Below are positions 32,796-43,788 of a stretch of DNA of 64,000 bases, one piece after another (positions within the stretch are counted from its first letter, which is position 1; each line of letters opens with the position of its first letter). Below the pieces are notes generated by a model, which saw nothing but the letters and a program-made list of their open reading frames with translations, was not told where the DNA came from and ran no database searches. The translations under genes were made by a program, and so were the position numbers. Origin of the DNA: Rhynchopus sp. YZ270_cl-10 (Eukaryota); contig OZ037840.1 of assembly GCA_964035575.1 (NCBI GenBank), positions 930,001 to 994,000 on the forward strand, read 5' to 3'.

Positions 32796-34864
32796 ATGGG
32801 GTAGCTTGAGGGCGTGCTGTCGCTGGATGGGACGCTTGACAAGAATGAGCGTAAGAAGCGGATGCTGTTCTTGCTGTTCATCACTAGCACAGCTACGTTC
32901 GCTCTGGTGGCGGTGTGTACTACCTCCAGCGTTGCGCGGGGTCCCTTCGCGATGGCTGCGTTCTTGGTTCAGTTCGTTGTGAGTGTGCACGCGATGCTTC
33001 ACGTCTTCTGCAAACGTCCGCTTGTGGAGAGACTCATTTTGTGGACAGGCATTGGCCTCTCAGTTACAGTGTTGTGCTTGGACCTGACGGCGAGGGGCAT
33101 CTCCGAGAGTATTTGGCCTGCTCTTGTGCTTGTGGCAGACTTCTTCCTTGTGATGCAGGTGAATGATCGGATTGTGTCCATACTCGTGGTGACGACCATA
33201 TGCTACCTTGTCGTCATGGCGTTCGAAGACGTCTTCAGGTTCGGAATCTTCGATCTGCCAGGCCTCATCCCACAGGAGGGTGCGTTAGGGAGGAAGGAAC
33301 ACCTGCGTAGGATGACAGACTGCTCGACCCCTCCCTGTCCCCTGCCGGCGACAGAGGCCAGTGAGAAGTTTCTTATGGCGACCACTATATTCGTTGTGGA
33401 TTTACTCGCAACCAGAGGCTTCGCTCGCACCATTCTAAAAGAGCAGGCAGCAATGGAGAGGACGATCAGTGTGGTGCAGGAGATTGCGAGTCTGCTAGCA
33501 AGGTACGACGTGGAGGGTGTGGCGGAGATGCTGAAGGTGCAAAGGGACGAGCTCCCAGAGGAGATGCACGCAACACTGCAGAGGATGGAGGAGAACCTGC
33601 GGAAGTACCGTCCCTACCTCCCTGCAGCGCTGTTTGAGGAGGAGGGTGGTGCGCCAAGCGCGTCTGTGCCGCCACCTGTGCTTGAGAACGACACGCGAAC
33701 GATTGTCTTTACAGACATCCGTTCGTCGACGTCGATCTGGGAGTGTGCGCCAGAAGGGATGTGTGCTGCGTTGAAGATCCACAACTCTGTGCTGCGTGAG
33801 GTGATGCAGGTGTTTGGTGGGTACGAAGTGAAGACAATCGGCGACGCCTTCATGGTTGCCTTCGCATCAACAGCTGACGGTGTGCACTTTGGCCTGAAGG
33901 TGCAGGAACGTCTTCGTGAAGCAAACTGGCCTGCGTCGCTGCTTGAGGAGGCACCGATCTGTGCTGAACAGGGACCACTTTGGGGTGGACTGACTGTGCG
34001 CATTGGTGTGAACAGTGGTCCTGTGACTGTGGAGCAGAACACACTGACGGGACGGACAGACTACTTCGGACACACTGTGAACGTTGCGTCACGTCTTGAG
34101 AGCACATGCACGCCAGGAGCTGTGGCTGTGCCCTCGGACCTGTGGACTTCTGTCTGTGGGTTGTGCACTGCTGTTGCTGGTGAGGCTGAAGCACTTAGCT
34201 TCAAAGGTGTGCATGACACGATGTTCGTGCGTTGCTTGTGGCCTGCTTCACTTGCGGGGCGAGCACACAACCCTCTTCCCGACGGGGACACATTGTCATG
34301 GAATACTGTACCCTCGCTTGCTTCAGGCATAGGCACTTTATCGTCACGCACTCTCTCAGAAGTTTTGACACCCGCTGTGCGTGAAGTGACCGGCACTGTC
34401 GGTGTTGTGGACATTGAAGTGGGTGACGAATCTGCCCTGAAAGCACTGTACACAATGAACGCAGGACTTGCAACACTCACGATTGCACTGGACCAGAGCG
34501 GTGGGAGCCTGGTGACACTGCTTGGGAGCTGTGTGTGCGTTGGGTGGAACGTGACCCGTTCGGCACCTGCACACATGGAGAACGCAGTGCGGTTTGCACA
34601 ACGGATGATGGCGAAGACTGCGTACTTCAAGGGTGCTGGTGTTGTGAGTGGTCCTGTGCACACGGGGACATTGGCAGCCACAAACAACGCTTTGTGACAG
34701 TGTTGGGGCACATTGTGCGACGGAGCTGGACGCTGTGTGAAGAAGCTGTGCGTGAGGGGGGCACATGCCTTTACGAACCTGACAGCACAACACTGCCGTC
34801 TGCACTTGAAGACACTCTTGTGCAACACAAGAGTGGTGTCTACAGAGTGGTTCAGGAGTGCTAG
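32796..34864 (+). pseudogene. Adenylate cyclase copy 6, probable pseudogene
   Basis: TGG>TAG at codon 3 (32802-32804), a 1-nt deletion at 34660/34661 (CCTGTGCA-CACGG vs CCTGTGCAGCACGG in the paralogues), and an early stop at 34862-34864. Confidence 0.82.
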
Positions 34865-35276
34865 GGACACAGTTGAGTAGACTATTGTTAACGTCATCGC
34901 TACACGAGGCTTAGTAAATGAGGCACATTGTGTTATTCAATTTCCAACTTCTGTTGGTAATATTCTTGTCAGCTTGGTGCTTATGTTGTTCCTGTCGAAA
35001 CCGGCTTTGACATCCGGGACGATCTATGCCAATATATTTCGGCCCCCGCACTTGGTTGCTCGAGGCCACTACAGAATGAATATTTTAGGTACACTGTGAC
35101 GAGAGACCTTTGTATTTCAATGCAAAGCATTTTTCTACTCTTCTTTTGTACGGTCCAGATGAATGCTTTCGAAACCTTTTTGCTCTACAACCTCCTCCCC
35201 TGTACGCTCCCTCCCTTCCACACTACCTACCCATCAAACAGCACTTTCTTGCACCCCTTACCTCTGTGTCTCAACA

Positions 35277-36437
35277 ATGTCTGCACCAGAAACCGACAGC
35301 AACCCGCACTCCCTTAACCCCCGCAGCCGCCCCCAGGGTACAGCCATACCTACACCATACAGCCCCACCCACCGCAGCGCGCAAACCCGCTCCTCGCTTT
35401 CCTCCACTTCTTACTGGGCAGACCTTAACCCGGAACTTAGCGTGGAAGGGGAGTGCATGATGCACACCTATGACGATCTCGATCCTTTCATTGTTTCAGA
35501 AGCGGAGCAGCTTCGTCTCCGAGATTCGTTGGCGCGAGATGGCTACGTTGTGTACCGTCCCCAATGGGAGGACGACGTTATCTCTGCGCTCCGCAAGGGT
35601 GTGCATGCGCTTGATGCGAAGGGCTGGCAGGCGTCGTTTGCTTCAGTATACGACGAAGCGTGGATGGTGGCATATCTTTTACAAGATGTCGTCTCCGCAG
35701 CGACAGGAGGGAAAAAGATTTTCAACCACGACTGGCTCGGATACCTTGTAGAATCTGGCGAGGCAGGCATGCCACCACACCGCGACTTTCCACGCTGCCC
35801 GGAAGACTCATGGCATGACTCCGCAAAAACACTACCAAAAATGGCAACTGTCTGGCTCGCTCTCTCCGATGCGACACCAGAAAACTCTTGTCTCTACTTT
35901 CTCCCTGCGAACAAAGACGAAAAATACCGCTCCAACGACTGCGAATCCGCGCACCATCTTTTCACCAACCCAGAAATGTTTCAAGACATCGTCGCGGTCC
36001 CCTTAAAGGCGGGGGAAGTATTGATCTTTTCTCATAGAGTGTACCATTGGGGCTCCGCGGTAACACCGAATGCTGTAGAACCTAGAGTGGCGCTGGCAAT
36101 GGGTTTTAGTGACCCCGATTATAAGGCACCGCACCTGAGAGGGGAGGTGGGGGTAGCAAATGACTTTCCTCCATTGTCGCATCGGGTAGCGTTGTGTGCG
36201 GCGCAAATGCTTATATACAATAAGCGTCATGCAGGGCCGTGGCCGTTGACGCACAGTATCCAGGCGGATATGGCAACGTTGCTGACACTGCGGAACGTCT
36301 TCCAGGCAGAGGAAGGTGCGGTTCAAGATGAGTACTGCGCGACAGTGCGCAAGTCTCCAATAATACCGCATCTTTTGCAGGCAGAAAAACACTATAAATC
36401 AGGCAGTGTGCACAAAGAGGTGGTTCTAGAGGAGTAG
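35277..36437 (+). CDS. PhyH-like (phytanoyl-CoA dioxygenase family) 2OG/Fe(II) oxygenase
   Basis: LARDGYVV, HxD motif (PPHRD), VWLALSDATPENSCLYFLP, LKAGEVLIFSHRVYHWGS and distal Arg (PRVAL). Start set at the ATG after a pyrimidine-rich stretch; the frame is open from 35163. Confidence 0.82.
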   Translation: MSAPETDSNPHSLNPRSRPQGTAIPTPYSPTHRSAQTRSSLSSTSYWADLNPELSVEGECMMHTYDDLDPFIVSEAEQLRLRDSLARDGYVVYRPQWEDDVISALRKGVHALDAKGWQASFASVYDEAWMVAYLLQDVVSAATGGKKIFNHDWLGYLVESGEAGMPPHRDFPRCPEDSWHDSAKTLPKMATVWLALSDATPENSCLYFLPANKDEKYRSNDCESAHHLFTNPEMFQDIVAVPLKAGEVLIFSHRVYHWGSAVTPNAVEPRVALAMGFSDPDYKAPHLRGEVGVANDFPPLSHRVALCAAQMLIYNKRHAGPWPLTHSIQADMATLLTLRNVFQAEEGAVQDEYCATVRKSPIIPHLLQAEKHYKSGSVHKEVVLEE

Positions 36438-36777
36438 ACCAGCTGATAAAAAGACCCTGGACGGAACGGAATAAAACATTTTTTTTCTTTGAAAGCCAAT
36501 CTGGATTGAGGGTTACAGTTCTGAACCCCCTCATCCATATTAACATTTACGACCCTCATAACAAAAATATTATTCCAAAAAAAGAAAATTGAGAAAATTA
36601 CCCCTTTTTGACCCCCCTCTTTGCACTTTCCCCCACTTTCCCCATTTCTTTACAGGACCATTTTGTATATTTTTGGTAATTTTTTTTTCCATCACATTTT
36701 CCCTCCTCCCCCTCCAAGACACTTTTTTTCACTTTTTTTGTCCCCTTTTTTATAACTTTTCTTCCAACCCCCCTCCA

Positions 36778-38883
36778 ATGGTCAACATAATATGCGATGA
36801 CGGACCTACCTTCGCAGAACTAAAGCAGAATGTGTTCTTCACCGAAAAGCGTCTCGCGTTGCTTCTGGAGTCAAAATTCCACCCCGAGATGGCGCAATGG
36901 GTGAAGGAGAAGATCTTTGTCCGCACGGAGTGCAAAAACGAATGCGTCGTTTGGGTAGAAAAGCTCGAAAAATGCATCACAGGGAAGATGCGCGGGCTGT
37001 GGCACGCGATGAGGATCGTCCAGGCCTTCAACGTCGAGGTGAATTTACAGTCCTTAGTTGGGTCCGAATGGTACGAAATGCCGAAAACCTCTTCCACACA
37101 AGACGCAGCACACCTCATAAACCGCATCCGGGAACTAGGCCTTCTCGTCCCCGGCAATGAATCACGCATTCCACCAGCAGAAGACGTTGCGCGCCTCACC
37201 TCACAATTCAAAGCAATTGACTGGAGCGTTCAAGACATGGAGCGATTTTCAGAGGCGCTGAAGGCAAAAGAACGGTTACTCTTGGAGGTGTCTGAACTGA
37301 CCAAAACCTTGCATGAAGTTGCCTGGGGCTGCTCCATCCACGAAGCGCACAAAGAAGAGCTCAGAAGAAAGGCGCGTGAATCCGAGGAGCACGGTGAGAT
37401 GGATATGTACGCACAGTTCACTCAAGAAGAGATCGATGCGAGCGAAGCGCTCATGCAACTTCTTCTTTTCAAACTTCAGACGACAGAGAGTAGCCAGGCG
37501 GAAAATACGTTAAAAAGAAGGAATAACGTTTCGCAATGGAAGCTGGCTGCTGCGCAGTTGGAGACACTTAAAGAACATAAAGTTGAAAGACAGTCAGAAT
37601 GCCTTCGTGATAAAGAGCGTATCGCAAGGGGTCTGCAGTACGAAGCAAAGCGTGATGAAGATGCGCGGGAAGACTTCAACAAACGGAAGAAACAGTTTGA
37701 AGACCGGCTGGCCTATCTAAACAGAAACCAAGATGAATTAGCTGTCGATTTGGAGGAACTTTGCGAAAAATTTAAGGTCATCGAAGACAAGCTTGCGTCC
37801 CTCACTGGGCATCGTGAGGAGGCGATCAAAGCGAGGGTGGAAATGATCGAGACCGAAATGCAGCGGGTTGCTGACTACCAAGAATTTGTGGAATGCGCCA
37901 AAAAGCATATTTCTTATGTAGATTCGACACAACGCATGGCAGATGAAAGCGCCGCTTTGATTGGCAGCCTTCAACGTTTCCTCATGAACGAACAAGAATA
38001 CGATGGTCACGACTTTCACGAAACAACTAAACTCCTTCACGACACAAAGCAGCAGACCCTCCGCCAGCTCAACGTATGCTATGTAGATTATTGTACGAGG
38101 GTGATGCGAGTTTCCCTTCAGCTTGACGTTCAAATTCGCGAAACCGAACAAGAAGCGAGCCGCTACCAAATGCAAGCAGAGTGCCGCAAGGAAACGCTCA
38201 ACCCCGAGGCAAAGCGCTACGTGGTTGCAGCTAAGGAAGTGCTCCTCAAACGTGAAGCCCTACGCACACAACGCAGTGCCATCCTCTCGAAGCTTGACTT
38301 TGTCAAGAACAACTACCTCAAAAAGGTCAAGGAGGAGCTCCCACAACACGAAATCGTTGAACCCGATCAAGAAATTGAAGAAATGCTTCTCAACCGCAGA
38401 GACGATCTGCTTACCATGCGCGAACAGTTGGTGCACAGTGCAGAACGGCAGATCCTTGATGAGCGTGAGGACATCTTAGCCACCGGAGATAAAATCGCGG
38501 AGGAAAAAGACATCGGAGCGAACCGGCAGGTCAAACGGGAGCGCAAGGTAAACGCCGACACCCTAGTTGATGACGCTTCTGTCCAGGATGGTGTCGAAAG
38601 CGCTGCGGGTGGTCCCCCTAAGGACGACCTCCCCGAAAAGAAGGAGCCCCGACGCGAGCACCGTGGTGTCGCTGCCGCGCACGACGTTCGCATGAAGACC
38701 CTCAGCCTCGCCACAGTGGACCCCGCGGCGACTGAAGCACCCCGTCCAGAGGACACCGACACTCCCGCAAGACGTCTTCTCGTGCACGACCTGGCTGTCA
38801 CCTCAACCCCGAAGACCATTCGTCCATTGGAGGAAAAGTATGGGCAAGGTCTCTTCCCAGCCATCACCGAGGAGGAGAAGTGA
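36778..38883 (+). CDS. Paraflagellar rod (PFR) family coiled-coil protein, divergent
   Basis: Long coiled coil. Segments REEAIKARVEMIETEMQRVADYQEFVECAKKH, ETLNPEAKRY and IVEPDQEIEEMLLNRRDDLLTMREQL align by eye with the PFR1/PFR2 C-terminal half. ATG follows a long polypyrimidine tract. Confidence 0.75.
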   Translation: MVNIICDDGPTFAELKQNVFFTEKRLALLLESKFHPEMAQWVKEKIFVRTECKNECVVWVEKLEKCITGKMRGLWHAMRIVQAFNVEVNLQSLVGSEWYEMPKTSSTQDAAHLINRIRELGLLVPGNESRIPPAEDVARLTSQFKAIDWSVQDMERFSEALKAKERLLLEVSELTKTLHEVAWGCSIHEAHKEELRRKARESEEHGEMDMYAQFTQEEIDASEALMQLLLFKLQTTESSQAENTLKRRNNVSQWKLAAAQLETLKEHKVERQSECLRDKERIARGLQYEAKRDEDAREDFNKRKKQFEDRLAYLNRNQDELAVDLEELCEKFKVIEDKLASLTGHREEAIKARVEMIETEMQRVADYQEFVECAKKHISYVDSTQRMADESAALIGSLQRFLMNEQEYDGHDFHETTKLLHDTKQQTLRQLNVCYVDYCTRVMRVSLQLDVQIRETEQEASRYQMQAECRKETLNPEAKRYVVAAKEVLLKREALRTQRSAILSKLDFVKNNYLKKVKEELPQHEIVEPDQEIEEMLLNRRDDLLTMREQLVHSAERQILDEREDILATGDKIAEEKDIGANRQVKRERKVNADTLVDDASVQDGVESAAGGPPKDDLPEKKEPRREHRGVAAAHDVRMKTLSLATVDPAATEAPRPEDTDTPARRLLVHDLAVTSTPKTIRPLEEKYGQGLFPAITEEEK

Positions 38884-39693
38884 AGAGAAGGGGAAGGAGG
38901 GAGGGGGGAGATCGTAAAAAGGAGGGTGTATTTTTTTTTTTCCAGAAGTGTTTCATTGTGCGGGAGGTTGTGTTCCTCTTTATTTTTAAAGGGGAAACGA
39001 CAAAATGTGGACTCTATAAATGTGGATTACGACAAATCCGGACGAATAGTCCACATTGTCGCATAATGCACATTGTCGTTTCCCCTTTTTGTTAAAGGTT
39101 GGCCTTTTCAGGTTGATTTGTATTGTAGATTCGGTTTAATTTATGTATTTTTTTAAAATGGGAATACTATTCCAATATTTCGTTCTTTGTGCACACCGTT
39201 GCAACGTAATAATATATTAAGAGCAGACTCTGGGAGGGAAGGATGGGGGAGGTTTTATCTTTCAGTCCGCAGACTATCCTTTTTTTTCCCCCCTCAAGGG
39301 ATGCGTTGGTGTGCAAACATTCTTTCGCCCTCCCCTTCCTCTCTTTTCCACCCTTTCCCCACTAATTTGAACACAAAAAAATGCTTTTTCAAGCGTTATC
39401 TTCGCCCTCCTACAAAAAAAACACCCTTTTTCAACAAAAAAGACCACACTTCATTTTTACCCCTATCCCCCCCTCCTCCTCCACCACCTCTTAACTTACA
39501 AAGTTACTACAGTGAAATACAAGGGACGCTGGAAAGGACCCCCAAGCCTGTTCAGCTCAGGAAGTCATGATCCTGAGTTCGAGTGATCCCCGTTCGTTGA
39601 CTTCACGAGTGGAAGCGGGAGGAAGACGTATCAGCGATTTCCAGGAGGGCGGGTCACGTGTATTACTCGTTCGCGGGGATACACGTTGTCATG

Positions 39694-39888
39694 CACGGTG
39701 GCCAATTTGAGTGGGAGAGCGTCAAATTTTTGACGTTTTTTGGGGAGAGCGTACGCTCTCCCAGCGGGAGAGCGTCTGGTAGCCACTGGGTGTGGAGACG
39801 CTCTTCCAGACGCACTCCGGGAGAGCAATTACAAACCTGTATTTTCGTCCACTTTTGACGACTCTCCCACATCAAACTGGCCACCGTG
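39694..39888. mobile_element. 195-bp MITE
   Basis: Imperfect ~33-bp TIRs CACGGTGGCCA(A/G)TTTGA..GTGGGAGAG..CGTCAAA; internal GGGAGAGCGT repeats; flanks TG/TA. Confidence 0.7.
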
Positions 39889-40040
39889 TAGTTTTCAAAA
39901 AACAAAAACAACAACAACTTCAAAACCCCCCCCCCCTCATCTACCCCCCCTTTTCACAGAAAAATAACTTTACCAAACGAGGGGAGCCTCCCCCCCTCCT
40001 CAAACCCCCCCTCCCCTAATCCCCTCCAAGAACAAACACT

Positions 40041-41696
40041 ATGGACTACGACAATCTCCTGCTCTGCGCCATCGGGGCAGGGCTCTTCCTCTTGGTGTCC
40101 ATCATTCTGAAAGCCGCGGTTGTGTCCTTCCAGCAGTTCTTTGCGTACCGTGCGCTGCAGCACTATGAAGGTCCAGATACCCTATGGCCACTAGGCAATG
40201 CAAGGGAACGAAGCAAGCACGCCGGCCGAATGTGCGACATGCATCTAAAAAGCATCGAAAAGTACTGTTCTTCAGACCAGCTCTGCTATAAAATGCTGGG
40301 CCCAGTGTTTTTTCGTGCCTTAGCGGGGACAACCAATGAATTAGTCACAGCAGACCCACGCATTGTGAAGCACGTTATGCACGACCGTTTTGATATTTGG
40401 ACGAAATCTAATTTGAATGGTCGGGTTTTAAACAGTTTAGAAGCATTTCTGGGATATGGGATTTTCGCTATAGATCATGGAGACCATGCGGAGTATCCCT
40501 CATGTGACCGTGGTGCGTTGTGGAGACAGCAACGGTCTGCGGCTGCAACGATGTTCACAAAGTCGCTGTTCAAAAATGCGTACCAAGACGTTTTTGTCAA
40601 AAAAACGCAGCGTCTCGTCGAAGTGCTGCAAACGGAGGTTGGCGAGCGGGGTTTGAAACCTGTCGATTTTCAGTTTTATATGAATGGATTGGTGGTGCAG
40701 TGCTTTTCGAAAATCGCGTTTGGAAAAGAATTCCCTGCGGACATTGGGGAGTCTTTCGACATTGCGAACACTCAGGTTCTTGCTTTTATTCGTCTTCATG
40801 TTAAAGGGCTTCTTTTGTTGGAGCTGCTTCCAGAATGGCTGCGTCCGTTTGTTACAAAAAGGGTGTTGGAGGCGAATTCGTCCTCATTTCAAGACATCAA
40901 AACGCATACCGCGAAAATCCGTGATTTTATCAGAGCAAGCATTGAAGGGAGTAGAGAATTGGAAGACAATGTGGTGTCGATCTTTTCCCGTATTTTGAAG
41001 GATGAATCAGGAGGGGCTGAGGATGAAAAGAAGGTCGAGGATTTTGCGGCGAATTTTATTTTTGCGGGGAGGGATTCGACGGCCACAGCGCTGTCGTGGC
41101 TATTCTATGAGCTTGGCCTGCCGGAGAATAAGGCGACTCTCGAAAAGATTTTTGCTGAAATCGATGCAGTTCTCTCCGGCGCTGCACCGTCAACCGAAGA
41201 CCTTTCGGATCTGCCGCATCTCCGCGGCGCAGTCTGGGAGACCCTACGCCTGCATCCTCCCGTCTATCTGATTATGCTTGCCTCAAAAGCGGATGACATT
41301 TTCCCAGATGGAGTTCACATCCCAAAGGGAACCCGCCTCAGTATTTCTACGTATGCGATGGGAAGAAGCCGTGCATTGTATGGGGAAGATTGTCTGCACT
41401 TCAAACCAGAAAGGTGGATTCCCTTTTCGCAACCGAGTCCGTATGAATTTCCAATGTTTAAAGCAGGGAGGAGGACCTGTCTAGGGAAGGAAATGGCGTT
41501 GACGGAAATTATGACAGTCGCGGTGTTGCTGTTGCAGCGATTTGAGCCTGTGGTCCTGAAGCCGAAGGTGGTGACGTACGGCGCGAAGCTGTCGCTCTCA
41601 GTACACGATAAAGAGGCGAAAAGAGACCAACTAATGATGAGGCTCCTGCCGCGTAAAAAGGTGGGAGAGAAAAAGGAAAAAGGGGTGTTGTGTTAG
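40041..41696 (+). CDS. Cytochrome P450 (551 aa)
   Basis: N-terminal TM anchor, I-helix FAGRDSTA, ExxR (ETLRLHPPV), PERW, and heme motif FKAGRRTCLG. Confidence 0.95.
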   Translation: MDYDNLLLCAIGAGLFLLVSIILKAAVVSFQQFFAYRALQHYEGPDTLWPLGNARERSKHAGRMCDMHLKSIEKYCSSDQLCYKMLGPVFFRALAGTTNELVTADPRIVKHVMHDRFDIWTKSNLNGRVLNSLEAFLGYGIFAIDHGDHAEYPSCDRGALWRQQRSAAATMFTKSLFKNAYQDVFVKKTQRLVEVLQTEVGERGLKPVDFQFYMNGLVVQCFSKIAFGKEFPADIGESFDIANTQVLAFIRLHVKGLLLLELLPEWLRPFVTKRVLEANSSSFQDIKTHTAKIRDFIRASIEGSRELEDNVVSIFSRILKDESGGAEDEKKVEDFAANFIFAGRDSTATALSWLFYELGLPENKATLEKIFAEIDAVLSGAAPSTEDLSDLPHLRGAVWETLRLHPPVYLIMLASKADDIFPDGVHIPKGTRLSISTYAMGRSRALYGEDCLHFKPERWIPFSQPSPYEFPMFKAGRRTCLGKEMALTEIMTVAVLLLQRFEPVVLKPKVVTYGAKLSLSVHDKEAKRDQLMMRLLPRKKVGEKKEKGVLC

Positions 41697-42676
41697 CGGT
41701 AAAAAAAGAGGGTTTCGTCAGTTGCGATTTTCTTTTTTCCAGCAGATGATTAAATGTCGTTTTTATCGGAAAAGGGGGGTGTTTTTTTGGGGGGTGGCTA
41801 GACATTTATTTTTATTTTTATTTTTACGCACCTTTTTTATGAGCTGAAGAAGAAAAGAAAAAAAGCACTTTTTTTTGATCCCTGCCCCGTAAAAACCCTG
41901 AAAAAAATGCGACCAAAAAAACATGACAGTGGAGATTGCACAAACTGTGGCAACACTACCGAGGCAACTACCACTACTCCAACAATTTATCAAAAAAAAG
42001 TTTAAAACAAAAAACCAGAGTTGAGTACGATGTGCGTCCACCTCTGGCGGGCGCACTTCGGCACGTGCCTGTCAGATGCCTTGCCCTGATTGATCTTCCC
42101 AGTAACTAGCGAATGCTGAGTTAAAAAAAACGAACGATAGTGGAGCGTCGTCCTAGGGAGTCAACGTATTATAGAACAATGTTTTCACAGACGAAAAGGA
42201 GAAGGTCCTTTCGCCACTCCTAGTAATATTTTGAGCACAGAAAAACCACCTCCTTGGTGGGGCTTCATCCTGCCTTATCGGTAAGAACAATCAGACGAAG
42301 AATGGTGTCCATTGTTTTCTATTTGTCCCCTCCACCGGAGGTGACTGAGAACGTGGACTTGAGCCTTCTGAGCTTTTCTCTTTTTGTTTCTTTTTTGTTA
42401 TTTATTTTTACGCATGCATAAAATATATTATTGCTTGACTGGACTGCTTTCCTCACAATGTAGCTTTCAACTGCCATGGAAAAAATACAATACAAAAATG
42501 GTGTGGCTCAAACCCCCAAGTGCACCAAAATAATCATAAAAGAAGTACAAAATGCACTTTTGGAGGGTTAAAAAAAAAATCGGGTTTTCTAAGCACATGC
42601 AGTGCTAAGTAAAATAATTGAAAAATGCTCCAGCTAGTTTTTTGCGTTGGAAGCTCGGAACGCAAAAACGTCCGAG

Positions 42677-43475
42677 GTGGGGAGATCCGGGTGCCCGCAA
42701 CAACAATATTCACAAAAAATCACAAAAAATCACAAAAAATCACAACAAATCACAACAAATCACAACAAATCACAACAAATCACACAAAATAAATACAAAA
42801 AATCACAAAAAAAAAATCCTATTCACAACAAATCACAAAAAATCACAAAAATCACAAAAAATCACAAGCAATCACAAAAAAAAAATCCTATTCACAAACA
42901 ATCACAAAAAATCACAAACAAAAAATATTATTCACAAAAAATCACACAAAATCACAAAAAATAAATCCTATTCACAAAAAATCACAAGCAATCACAAAAA
43001 AAAAATCCTATTCACAAACAATCACAAACAATCACAAAAAAATCACAAAAAATCACAAAAAGTGGATGTGATTCTTTTTGATTTTTTGTGATTTTTTGTG
43101 AATAGGATTTTTTTTTTGTGATTACTTGTGATTTTTTGTGAATAGGATTTATTTTTTGTGATTTTGTGTGATTTTTTGTGAATAAGATTTTTTGTTTGTG
43201 ATTTTTTGTGATTGTTTGTGAATAGGATTTTTTTTTTGTGATTGCTTGTGATTTTTTGTGATTTTTTGTGATTGTTCGTGATTTTTTGCGAATAGGATTT
43301 ATTTTTTGTGATTACTTGTGATTTTTTGTGAATAAGATTTTTTGTTTGTGATTTTTTGTGATTGTTTGTGAATAGGATTTTTTTTTTTGTGATTGTTTGT
43401 GATTTTTTGTGAATAGGATTTATTTTTTGTGATTGCTTGTGAATATTGTTGTTGCGGGCACCCGGATCTCCCCAC
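42677..43475. mobile_element. Foldback-type element
   Basis: Perfect ~36-bp termini GTGGGGAGATCCGGGTGCCCGCAACAACAATATTCAC. Each arm is made of ~10-bp AATCACAAAA and ~30-bp modules, inverted about ~43063. Possible GAG duplication at 42674-42676 / 43476-43478. Confidence 0.85.
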
Positions 43476-43788
43476 GAGGGCGATTTTTTTTTTTTCTGGT
43501 TTTGTTGCACCCAAGTACTGCTCATAGAAATCAGGTCAACCTGATTTTTACCTGGATTTTTTCCTGGATTTTCTTCAAACAACAGAGAGGCATCGACCTG
43601 AGTGCCCGAGCAGCCAGTTTTTTTTCCAGTTTCGAGGACTCGAAAGTTCTCGAGTACCGTGTACACCCATACAAAAATTGAAACCGCACCCTACTTTTCC
43701 TTTTTATGTTTTTCCCCCACCCCCGAAAACAATAAAGCAATAAAAACAATAAAGACAAAAGGGAGAGGTTGTGGTGAAACGCACACAC

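Noticed and set aside
8322..34864. Diversity-generating retroelement explanation for the variable cyclases next to an RT
   Set aside because: The RT is LINE-type, variation is not adenine-specific, and there is no template/variable repeat pair.
39545..39690. Possible structured RNA (CTCAGGA/TCCTGAG and ACGTGTAT/ATACACGT stems)
   Set aside because: Short stems with no recognisable family motif; could arise by chance.
42030..42125. HDV-like ribozyme suggested by GCGAATG
   Set aside because: No matching P1/P2/P3 pairings found upstream.
42618..43666. K/N/H/S/Q-rich ORFs
   Set aside because: Translations of the foldback element's tandem modules.
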